Assembly (NCBI GenBank): GCA_022824185.1
Contig: JAJEAU010000023.1
Span: 16,761-80,760 of the forward strand
Reading direction: 5' to 3'
DNA: 64,000 bases
Source of the DNA: Dehalococcoidia bacterium
Lineage (GTDB): Bacteria; Chloroflexota; Dehalococcoidia; Lucifugimonadales; Lucifugimonadaceae
The notes below the pieces were generated by a model. It did no database searches and had not been told where the DNA came from. It saw nothing but the letters and a program-made list of their open reading frames with translations. The translations under genes and the position numbers were made by a program. Shown piece after piece: positions 46,575-54,767 of the stretch (position 1 is the first letter of the stretch; every line of letters begins with the position of its first letter).

Positions 46575-48878
46575 TCAGTTGATTCGACTAACGTGGTAGA
46601 CGCCGGGAACCGATTCGAGACGGCTGAAAAGTTTTGCGAGTTGCTCGAGGCCGGTTGTGTACACGGTGAAATCGATGCGTGTGCTGCCGCGGCCGATGTC
46701 CTCGCCCGAAGCCATCTTGTGCAAATTCATCTTCTCATCCCGGACAATGCCGCTGATGTCGTGGATCAATCCCATGCGATCAGAGCCTTCAACTCGGAGT
46801 CTCGTCGGATATGATCCCTCGACATGCCCCCAACCGGCAGTGACGATGCGGTCCATATCGTCTTCAGCGATGTTCCTGACATTCTGACAGTTGGTGCGGT
46901 GGGCTGAAACACCCCTCCCACGAGTTAGGAATCCGACAATCTCGTCGCCGTATACAGGGCTACAACACTGCGGGAAGTTGATTTGGACTCCCGGAAGTCC
47001 CATTACGATGACGCCTCTGCCTAGCCCTGACGCTTCGATGCGGGCTGCAGCTCGCTGCCCTTCTGCGAGTTGTGCTTCGAGAACAACTTCGGGTTTCTGC
47101 TCCTCAATCGCATTGATAACCGTTTTTACGATGACCGAAGGTTGTTGGTGTGTCTTGCCGAGATCTGCGAGCAGTTCGTCAGTCGATGCATAACTCATCA
47201 GATCGGCGATCTCTTCGATGTCGACTTCATGGCCCATCCGCGAGAGTTGGTCGACGACACGCCGCAACTGTTGGCGTCCTTGCTGGATGTTGGTGTCGCG
47301 CGCTTGGCGGCTGAACCACTGCCGTACTTTGGCCTTGGCGCTGTTGGTCACCAAATATCGTTTGTCAGCATCCTGCCAGTCGAGGCTCGGGCCGCGTGGA
47401 GTCCTGGATTTGCGAATCTCAACGACATCGCCAGACTGGAGCGTGGTGTTGAGAGGGACTAGCTTACCGTTTACGACGGCGCCGACGGTGCTATGTCCCA
47501 ACTCCGTATGGATTCGGTATGCGAAATCGAGGGGCGTCGCACCGGAGGGCAGCTCCTTCACATCGCCTCTGGGAGTGAATACTTGGATTTGGTCGTTGCT
47601 CAAGATCTCTTGGTCAACGGAATCGATGAACTCGCTCGAGTCATCCGAGATATCGTCCATCGTGATCATGTCCTTGAGCCAGGTCATGGTCCGATCCGAT
47701 GAGTTGATATCGCCTTGGTTGTTGCCGCCCTGTTTGTACGCCCAATGTGCGGCGAACCCTTGCTCGGCGATCTCATGCATCTCCTGCGAACGGATCTGCA
47801 CCTCCAACGGCGTGCTATCGGGTCCCCGTACGGTCGTGTGGAGGGACTGGTATCCATTCGACTTAGGTTTGGAAATGTAGTCGTCGAAGGTGCCCTCGAT
47901 CATGGGCCACATTCCGTGGACGATACCTAGGACGTAGTAGCATTCGGCAGTCGATTGGGTAATGACGCGCAGGGCGATCAGATCGTGGATCTCGTTAAAT
48001 GTCCGCCCTAACTCTTCGTAGCGCCTTTTTTTTCTTGCAATGCTGTAGAGATGTTTGGCACGGCCGCTTATGGATGCTTTGATGCCGGCTTGTTCTTTGA
48101 CGGCGTCTGTGAGGATATCGACCGCTCGTTTCGTGAATTCTTCACGTTCGCGGCGCTTGCGCTTCACCAACCCGGAGATCGTGCGGTACTCCCGGTTGTC
48201 GAGGTAGTAAAAGGCCGAGTCTTCGAGTCGCCACTTCCAATCGTTCATTCCCAAACGATCGGCGAGAGGAGCGTAGATATCCATCGTCTCGCGGGCGATC
48301 CGTTGCTGCTGCTCCTCAGGCACGAAGTTGAGGGTTTCGACGTTGTGCATTCGGTCGGCGAGTTTGATCAGCAGTACTCTTCGGTCATCGCCTGCGGTGA
48401 CGAACATCTTCCGGAGACTTTCGATGCGTTGCTGCTCGCGGTCGTCGGCATGACGTCGGCTGTGAGTTCCGCCGCCGACCGCTTTGAGTTCGATGTGCTT
48501 CAGTTTCGTGACGCCATCGACGAGGAGCGCGACGACTTCACCAAACTGATCACGAATGTCTTCCACCTCGATACCGCAATCTTCGACGGTGTCGTGCAGA
48601 AGACCGGCGGCAATGAGATCGGCCGGGAGATTCAGCTTGGCGAGCCGCAGAGAGACGCTGATCGGATGAATGATGTACGGTTCGCCTGACTTGCGCTTTT
48701 GACCGTCGTGAGCGAGATAGGCGTACTCGTAGGCGGCCTGGACGAACTCAACCTCTTCGGGAGCGAGGTAAGTCTCCACCTCGTTGATGAGTTCAGTTAG
48801 CGAGCGTTCATACCCGTTCCTGCTTGACGGCCTTAAGGAATTTGAAGGACTGGAAACGAGTGTTGGGGAGGTTGCCAT
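46575..48878 (-). CDS. rel: Bifunctional (p)ppGpp synthetase/hydrolase (RelA/SpoT homologue)
   Basis: HD hydrolase motif (LLHDTVEDC), RelA/SpoT synthetase core (…GYQSLHTTV…), TGS (…IQVFTPRGDVKELPSGATPLDFAYRIHTELG…) and a C-terminal ACT-like domain. Confidence 0.93.
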   Translation of the reverse strand: MATSPTLVSSPSNSLRPSSRNGYERSLTELINEVETYLAPEEVEFVQAAYEYAYLAHDGQKRKSGEPYIIHPISVSLRLAKLNLPADLIAAGLLHDTVEDCGIEVEDIRDQFGEVVALLVDGVTKLKHIELKAVGGGTHSRRHADDREQQRIESLRKMFVTAGDDRRVLLIKLADRMHNVETLNFVPEEQQQRIARETMDIYAPLADRLGMNDWKWRLEDSAFYYLDNREYRTISGLVKRKRREREEFTKRAVDILTDAVKEQAGIKASISGRAKHLYSIARKKRRYEELGRTFNEIHDLIALRVITQSTAECYYVLGIVHGMWPMIEGTFDDYISKPKSNGYQSLHTTVRGPDSTPLEVQIRSQEMHEIAEQGFAAHWAYKQGGNNQGDINSSDRTMTWLKDMITMDDISDDSSEFIDSVDQEILSNDQIQVFTPRGDVKELPSGATPLDFAYRIHTELGHSTVGAVVNGKLVPLNTTLQSGDVVEIRKSRTPRGPSLDWQDADKRYLVTNSAKAKVRQWFSRQARDTNIQQGRQQLRRVVDQLSRMGHEVDIEEIADLMSYASTDELLADLGKTHQQPSVIVKTVINAIEEQKPEVVLEAQLAEGQRAAARIEASGLGRGVIVMGLPGVQINFPQCCSPVYGDEIVGFLTRGRGVSAHRTNCQNVRNIAEDDMDRIVTAGWGHVEGSYPTRLRVEGSDRMGLIHDISGIVRDEKMNLHKMASGEDIGRGSTRIDFTVYTTGLEQLAKLFSRLESVPGVYHVSRIN

Positions 48879-49089
48879 GTTGGGCTTTTGAGAACGGCTA
48901 TAGACTCCGCGACTATACCGTATTCCTCAGTTTATACGGTAGACGTACAATCGCGGCGCATTGCGCCTCGCGTTGATTGGCGACTCTCAGGTTCGGGGGG
49001 CATGCCGGAGCGGAAATGGCATCTACCCCCGTTGATTCGCGACGAGATACTATGATCGCCACCCGCATCATGAAAGATTGCAATTGACG

Positions 49090-49869
49090 ATGACAAATAC
49101 AAGCCGATTTCACGAAACGTATTCGATTCGACGATGGATCGTTGCATCTTCCGCGGCACTTGCCGCGATTGTTACGTCGTTCATCGGTGCTGGCCTGCTT
49201 CTAGCCTCAGATCCCTCTCCCGTAAATCCTCCCGGACCTTTGCCTCAGTTCTTGGCTGACGAGGATGGCAATCGATACGAGATTTTCCTCCCGGAAGAGG
49301 GCGGATCGGTTTCTGGTGATGGTTTCTGGATTGTCGCCGAACCGGGCGATGTTCCTAGTGCGACGTTCGTCGGCATTCGGATGACAGAGGGTGGCGAAGC
49401 GTCGAATCTCGGAATGATGCATCACCGTTACACGATCAGCGGGAACTACTATCACGTAGATGCATTGGACGAAAATGAGCGGATTCCCGACCCCAAGTTT
49501 GCTTTCCGGAATCCTGCCGAAGCGTGCGTGCCGGTGCCGATGATGTCTCTGTCCAACATCGTCGATGTCAGAATGGTTGCAACCGAACCGGGTGGTAAGC
49601 CGCAGACAGTCTTGAACTCCGGGGTCAAATCATTTGATGGAAATCTAATGGTTTGCGGGTACGTGGGATCGGTGCCGACGGTTTTGGCGGCAGGGGTAGA
49701 AGGTGTGCCGGGCCCCGAGCCGACAATGGCACCCACATTGCCAGAGACAGGCGGGTGGAACGGCGGATCGCCATGGCTCGCTCTGTTGTTGGCGGCCGGG
49801 TCGGTGCTAACCGTCGCTGGCTTGACCCATTGCATTCGAATGACCCGGCGCCGTGGCAGGGTCGCCTAA
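49090..49869 (+). CDS. LPETG-anchored surface protein (small paralogue of the C-terminal domain of 56838-60221)
   Basis: N-terminal signal/TM segment. A ~160-aa domain homologous to aa ~913-1075 of the 1127-aa protein. Then LPETG (49738-49752), a hydrophobic helix and RRRGR. Start is ATG 49090 (TTG 49078 is also possible). Confidence 0.75.
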   Translation: MTNTSRFHETYSIRRWIVASSAALAAIVTSFIGAGLLLASDPSPVNPPGPLPQFLADEDGNRYEIFLPEEGGSVSGDGFWIVAEPGDVPSATFVGIRMTEGGEASNLGMMHHRYTISGNYYHVDALDENERIPDPKFAFRNPAEACVPVPMMSLSNIVDVRMVATEPGGKPQTVLNSGVKSFDGNLMVCGYVGSVPTVLAAGVEGVPGPEPTMAPTLPETGGWNGGSPWLALLLAAGSVLTVAGLTHCIRMTRRRGRVA

Positions 49870-50822
49870 CCCCGCCAAGTCAGCAAATCCGATAACTCGT
49901 CGAGTATCGTGTCAAGTTCTTCACCGTCGTAGCGATCGAATGGCTTGGATCCCGGTTGGCGGGTCACTGGGGTTTTGATAATGCCTCGGCGCCAAAATGC
50001 CTGCTTGTAGGTCGTCACACCGAAGAAAAACTCGAAGTTGAGGGATGGCAGAAGTCGGTTGAACACCGCTCGGGCCTCGGAGCTGACAACCTGTTGACCT
50101 TTTTCGTCCACGCCTCCCGCCTCGAGGGCGTCCCACAGGGCGACGTGAGCCTCAGTAATGTGACCGGCCGGCATCGTGCCTGCACCGCCGCGCCGATACT
50201 CCCCTAGGAGGTACCTTCCCCCCATGCCGCCCATGATCGATTCGACCTTGTCGCCGCAGGCATCGAGAACAGCGGTCATCACGTTTCCGGGGAGCAGGCT
50301 CTCCTCTTTTAACAAGCGAGCCGCCGGTATCTCGTCGATGATGCGGATCAGCGTCGGTGTGGGTATCGTTGGACCCGTAGGAGGTTTGTTGTTTTGCAAC
50401 CACACCGGCAGGCCAGTTGCGTCCGCGAGTGCGCCGAACAGATCGATGGTTTCTTGTCCGCCTCCCATGCCATTGCAGGGCATCGCGATTATCGAGTCCG
50501 CTCCACATTCGACTGCGACGCGTGCGCGTTCGATGCAGTGTTCGACGGAGACGCCACTCGCACCCGCGACTACAGGGACAGCACCATTGACGGTTTCGAC
50601 GCCGACTCTGAGAACCTCGTCGCGCTCCTCGTCGGTCAGACGCGGCCCTTCGCTGGCGTTGACGGGCATTACGATGCCGTGGGCACCTGCTTCAACACAA
50701 TAGGCTACGCACCGGCGCAGAGATTCGTAGTCAACGCTACCGTCCTCATTGAACGGGGTGACCGGTATCGAAAAAACACCGCGATTTACGGTTTTGTTGC
50801 CGGTAGTCGAATCTGTTGTCAT
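49866..50822 (-). CDS. Dihydrodipicolinate-synthase/N-acetylneuraminate-lyase-family (DapA-like) class I aldolase
   Basis: FSIPVTPFNEDGSVDYESLRRCVAYCVEAGAHGIVMPVNASEGPRLTDEERDEV... Start moved to ATG 50822 because the 123 codons upstream in the ORF track do not resemble the family. Confidence 0.75.
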   Translation of the reverse strand: MTTDSTTGNKTVNRGVFSIPVTPFNEDGSVDYESLRRCVAYCVEAGAHGIVMPVNASEGPRLTDEERDEVLRVGVETVNGAVPVVAGASGVSVEHCIERARVAVECGADSIIAMPCNGMGGGQETIDLFGALADATGLPVWLQNNKPPTGPTIPTPTLIRIIDEIPAARLLKEESLLPGNVMTAVLDACGDKVESIMGGMGGRYLLGEYRRGGAGTMPAGHITEAHVALWDALEAGGVDEKGQQVVSSEARAVFNRLLPSLNFEFFFGVTTYKQAFWRRGIIKTPVTRQPGSKPFDRYDGEELDTILDELSDLLTWRG

Positions 50823-50990
50823 GCCGATCTCCGAGTTGGCGCTGCTATGTTCGGTGAGTATTGTAGCCTTCAATCCGCTCAGAATCGGCGAATGAACTTC
50901 CGCAGACATCGTCGGGGTGTTGCCAATCGCACAGAATCCCAAATACCATTTCTTGAGTGATCGTAGCGGAAGCCATTGTGAAGGCAGTAG

Positions 50991-51827
50991 ATGAACCGAC
51001 AAATCCAAACTTCGCTGGTCGAAACCCGACTCGAGATCGGGGATCGACACATCAACTACGCCGAAGGTCCCGACAACGGGCCGCCGATGTTGTTGATCCA
51101 CGGCATCAGCGGACGGTGGCAAGATTGGCTCAGCGTGGTTGACGCATTTGCCAAACGGTGGCATATCTATGCCGTAGATCTGCGGGGCCATGGAAAGTCA
51201 TCGTGGGTGCCGGATGGATACCACTGGCGCTCATACTCCGAGGATCAAGTTAAGTTTGTCGAGAAAGTTATCGATAAACCGGCATTCGTTGTGGGTCACT
51301 CCTTGGGTGGAGTCACTGCACTCGGGTTCAACTATCTTCGGTCTGATCTGGTTCGCGCCGCTGTTTACGAGGATCCTCCATTGATGTTGCATCGACGGTG
51401 GGAGGGCAACCAGTTCCGCAACAGCTTCATGGTGACTTTGGAAGTCTTGGACAACAATCGCAACTACGATGCAGTCTTGGCTCACGTCAGGGAAACCAAT
51501 CCAGAACTCGACGACGCCCGATGCCGAGATCGGGCAGAAAAGCTGATGGCGATGGATCCCGATGTATACCGTTCAACTTTGAGCGGCCGCGCCCGTGCAA
51601 ATTGGCGCATCGAAGAACTGCTGGAACATGCGGAATCGCCGGGCTTGCTTCTGCAGGCGGAACCAACCATCGGTTCGGCGTTAAACGATGAAGAATCTGC
51701 AGAAGCGATGGCGATATTGCCTACCGCCGAGTTCGAAAAATGGGATGACAGTAATCACGGGATGCACAGTTCGTTCCCAGACCGCTTTGCGGAGAGAGTC
51801 ACCCGATTCTTCGACCCTCGGCGGTAG
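50991..51827 (+). CDS. Alpha/beta-fold hydrolase
   Basis: MLLIHGISGRWQDW and the nucleophile elbow VVGHSLGG. A C-terminal His context (SNHGMH). Confidence 0.85.
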   Translation: MNRQIQTSLVETRLEIGDRHINYAEGPDNGPPMLLIHGISGRWQDWLSVVDAFAKRWHIYAVDLRGHGKSSWVPDGYHWRSYSEDQVKFVEKVIDKPAFVVGHSLGGVTALGFNYLRSDLVRAAVYEDPPLMLHRRWEGNQFRNSFMVTLEVLDNNRNYDAVLAHVRETNPELDDARCRDRAEKLMAMDPDVYRSTLSGRARANWRIEELLEHAESPGLLLQAEPTIGSALNDEESAEAMAILPTAEFEKWDDSNHGMHSSFPDRFAERVTRFFDPRR

Positions 51828-51888
51828 ATCAAGAAAGTAATCGGTTTTTCGGTAACAGGTATCCTTATCTCTGCCAGATAACCGGAAG

Positions 51889-53511
51889 ATGGCTTTTCTG
51901 CAGGGCCACGAGGACAAATGCACATTGACCGAAACTGACGTATCTGCCGAGACCGATGCTACGACACGCGGTGATCCGATCCTCGCCGCGGCATTGGCGG
52001 TCATACCTTACGTCATCGTCTTCACCGCCAGCGCGTGCACCCTGATCTTGGAGATCGTTGCGGGCCGAATATTGGCTCCGGTTATCGGAGTGTCCCTTTA
52101 TACGTGGACAAGCATCATCGGCGTCGTGCTTGCGGGAATCAGCGTGGGCAACTACGCCGGAGGCGTGCTAGCAGACAAGTATCCGTCGCGCATCACGCTG
52201 GGAATCCTCTTGCTGATTTCTGGGGTGTTCACAGTGGTCATCCTGCCGTTGATCTCGGTGGCAGGAGATCTGGTGAGCGATCTGCCGTTGCTGCCTCGGA
52301 TCGTGACGTTGACTGCGGTGTTGTTCTTGCCGGTGAGTGTGATCTTGGGGATGGTGACGCCCATAGTGATCAAACTGGAACTCCAGAACCTCTCGAGGAC
52401 AGGGAATATCGTCGGTAGGTTCTATGCGATCTCGACCGCCGGTTCGATCTTGGGCGTTTTTCTGACAGGATTCGTGTTGATCCAGTGGATCGGAACGAGA
52501 CCCATAGTGTTGGCGGTGGCCATCGTCCTGTTCATCATGGCGTTGTTGTTTGGCGACTTATGGAAGATCCGCTACAAAGTAGTCGCTGCGTTGCCAGTGG
52601 TGATCGCTGTCGCAGCCGTTTACCTAAGCTTCAGCAACGAGTGGTTCGATTCGGATTGTGAAGAGGAGAGCAACTACTTCTGCATCAAGGTGAGGGAACG
52701 CGAGATTCAGGGAAAGACTGTGAGGACGCTGACGCTGGATCAACTGCTCCACAGCTATGTTGCCGAGGGCGACCCGACTTTTCTCGTATACGGGTACGAG
52801 AAGATAACCGCTGATTTTGTGGCGTTGCAAGAACATCGGCATGGCACGCCGAAGGTGATGTTCATCGGGGGAGGCGGCTATACGATGCCGCGGTTGATCG
52901 AGCATCATTACGGCGACTGGGAGGTTGAGGTTGTCGAAATCGACCCGGCGGTTACTGAAATCGCTCACGATTACCTGTGGTTGCCGTTGAATACCACGAT
53001 CATCAGCTACCACGAGGATGCGCGGATGAAGGCGAGGGAGTTGCCTAAGGGACTGTACGACATGGTGGTTGGTGATGCATTCAACGACTTTTCGGTGCCG
53101 TACCAGTTGACGACGCATGAGTTCAACCGCGAGGTCAAGGAGCTTCTAAAACCTGATGGGATCTACATCGTGAACATCGTCGACAACATCGAGATCGGCA
53201 ACTTCCTTCGATCCTACGTGAATACGATGCAGAACACCTTCGAAAACGTCTACGTCTTGAGGGACGACGACCTCTGGGACCAGGACGAGCGGACCAATGT
53301 CACCTACGTCGTGGTGGGATCAGACGTACCGATAACGCTAAACGATCTCTTCGAAGCGAATGAGGCTGTGGGCTGGGAGACCCCGATCACGCGGTTCATG
53401 CCAGAAAACCTGTTTTACCGATGGTTCCACCGAGAAGACGCCGTCATGCTTACCGACGGCTTTGTGCCGGTCGATCAGATGCTGGCACCCGTTTTTCTGC
53501 ACAGCCGGTAA
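51889..53511 (+). CDS. Fused membrane domain / spermidine-synthase-like aminopropyltransferase-fold protein
   Basis: About 7 N-terminal TM helices, followed by MFIGGGGYTMPR...VEVVEIDPAVTEIA...VGDAFND (SAM-MTase/spermidine-synthase motifs). Confidence 0.8.
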   Translation: MAFLQGHEDKCTLTETDVSAETDATTRGDPILAAALAVIPYVIVFTASACTLILEIVAGRILAPVIGVSLYTWTSIIGVVLAGISVGNYAGGVLADKYPSRITLGILLLISGVFTVVILPLISVAGDLVSDLPLLPRIVTLTAVLFLPVSVILGMVTPIVIKLELQNLSRTGNIVGRFYAISTAGSILGVFLTGFVLIQWIGTRPIVLAVAIVLFIMALLFGDLWKIRYKVVAALPVVIAVAAVYLSFSNEWFDSDCEEESNYFCIKVREREIQGKTVRTLTLDQLLHSYVAEGDPTFLVYGYEKITADFVALQEHRHGTPKVMFIGGGGYTMPRLIEHHYGDWEVEVVEIDPAVTEIAHDYLWLPLNTTIISYHEDARMKARELPKGLYDMVVGDAFNDFSVPYQLTTHEFNREVKELLKPDGIYIVNIVDNIEIGNFLRSYVNTMQNTFENVYVLRDDDLWDQDERTNVTYVVVGSDVPITLNDLFEANEAVGWETPITRFMPENLFYRWFHREDAVMLTDGFVPVDQMLAPVFLHSR

Positions 53512-53523
53512 TCGGCAGTTCGT

Positions 53524-54000
53524 CTAACCAGCGAACAACTCGTCCAATGCTTCGTCGGTCTTGCCAAACATGATGCGTTCTTCGTCGGCGGTAGCGTGGT
53601 CGTAGCCCAGGATGTGGAGCGTCCCGTGGATGGCGAGCATCGACAGCTCTCGGACGAAGGGTTGATTCTTGTCCCGGGCTTGGCGTTCGGTCTGCGGGAT
53701 TGATATGGCAATGTCACCCAAGTAGTCGTCGGGATCTTGATCGACGATTGGGAATCCATCGGACGGTTCGGCGGCGAATGAAAGGACATCGGTGGCGTGG
53801 TCTTCACCTGCGAATTCGCGATTGAGTTCCCGGAGTCTTGCGTCGCCGGTCAACAGGACGGTAACTGACGCATGACGATGGTCGCCGAAACCTTCGCGAC
53901 CAAGGATCGTCTGGATCGCTCGTTCGACCGTTCTGATGGACTCAGCGTCGACGAATGTTGAAGCCTCATCTACCTCTATTTCGACTTGAATAGTCGTCAT
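53524..54000 (-). CDS. ybeY: rRNA maturation endoribonuclease YbeY
   Basis: Metal-binding motif HGTLHILGYDH. Size 158 aa. Confidence 0.9.
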   Translation of the reverse strand: MTTIQVEIEVDEASTFVDAESIRTVERAIQTILGREGFGDHRHASVTVLLTGDARLRELNREFAGEDHATDVLSFAAEPSDGFPIVDQDPDDYLGDIAISIPQTERQARDKNQPFVRELSMLAIHGTLHILGYDHATADEERIMFGKTDEALDELFAG

Positions 54001-54010
54001 TGAGAGGGAT

Positions 54011-54334
54011 TCAGTTGATGTGACGCGAGGCTGCTTCGCGGAGGCGACGGAGCATGCTCAAGAGCGGCGAGTATTTGGAGTCGATGTCGGCGAGGTCGGA
54101 TGCAACGGCGGTCGCTTCGGCGATGCCGGTGCGGATCTCGGGAGCCGAGGTCATGGCGATCTCGGCATACATCTTCGCCTGCATGAGACTTGGGGTAAGA
54201 CGTTCGGAGATGATCTCGGACTGCGAGTAGTCGCCCCGGGATACGGAGGTCAGGGCGAGTTCTTCGGCGGTTTGGATCGCCGCCGCGATGGCGAGCGTCA
54301 GTTCCTCCGCCGTGTCGGGTTCGTCGCGAGACAA
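54011..54334 (-). CDS. Hypothetical helical protein (107 aa)
   Basis: An ORF with the local codon bias, packed between rhaM-like and ybeY (10-16 nt gaps). No recognisable family. Confidence 0.4.
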   Translation of the reverse strand: MSRDEPDTAEELTLAIAAAIQTAEELALTSVSRGDYSQSEIISERLTPSLMQAKMYAEIAMTSAPEIRTGIAEATAVASDLADIDSKYSPLLSMLRRLREAASRHIN

Positions 54335-54350
54335 TTCGGGGGTGTGCCGA

Positions 54351-54695
54351 TTAGTCTTCGAACCACTCGGAGTCGAATGCCAGGGTCATTGGAGCCCACC
54401 AGTCGTCGGGTTCCGCCTCAGGCACCTTCTGCTGATAGGTCATCATGAGGTCGTTCCACTCTTCGGCGCGTTTGGCGGAGGTGTAGCTCTGGAAATCGCG
54501 GCGTGGATCGAAGTCGTCCGGGGCCGTGCAGTACATGAAGAGGTGGTTTCCGCTGCGGAAGATCTCCATGCGTTCGATGCCGATGCCTTTGAGCGCTTCG
54601 AGGACTTCGGGCCATACGTTGCGGTGATACTCCTCGTATTTGGCGATGATTTCGGGATCGTCTTTGAGGTCGAGGACTTGAGCGAATGATTTCAT
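54351..54695 (-). CDS. rhaM: L-rhamnose mutarotase-family protein
   Basis: MKSFAQVLDLKDDPEIIAKYEEYHRNVWPEVLEALKGIGIERMEIFRSGNHLFMY... matches the RhaM/DUF718 pattern. Confidence 0.8.
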   Translation of the reverse strand: MKSFAQVLDLKDDPEIIAKYEEYHRNVWPEVLEALKGIGIERMEIFRSGNHLFMYCTAPDDFDPRRDFQSYTSAKRAEEWNDLMMTYQQKVPEAEPDDWWAPMTLAFDSEWFED

Positions 54696-54767
54696 GGCGG
54701 GTTGGGGGCGTTTTGGGGATTTGGTTCAGTGATTCCGGTTGAGGAGTTTATCACCGCGAAATGCGGA

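Noticed and set aside
50823-51191. 123-codon N-terminal extension of the DapA-like ORF (441-aa version in the ORF track)
   Set aside because: The extension has no similarity to DapA-family N-termini, which begin close to the ...PVTPF... strand. It also runs through the divergent promoter region and overlaps the alpha/beta-hydrolase gene start (50991). The internal ATG at 50822 gives a normal 318-aa protein.
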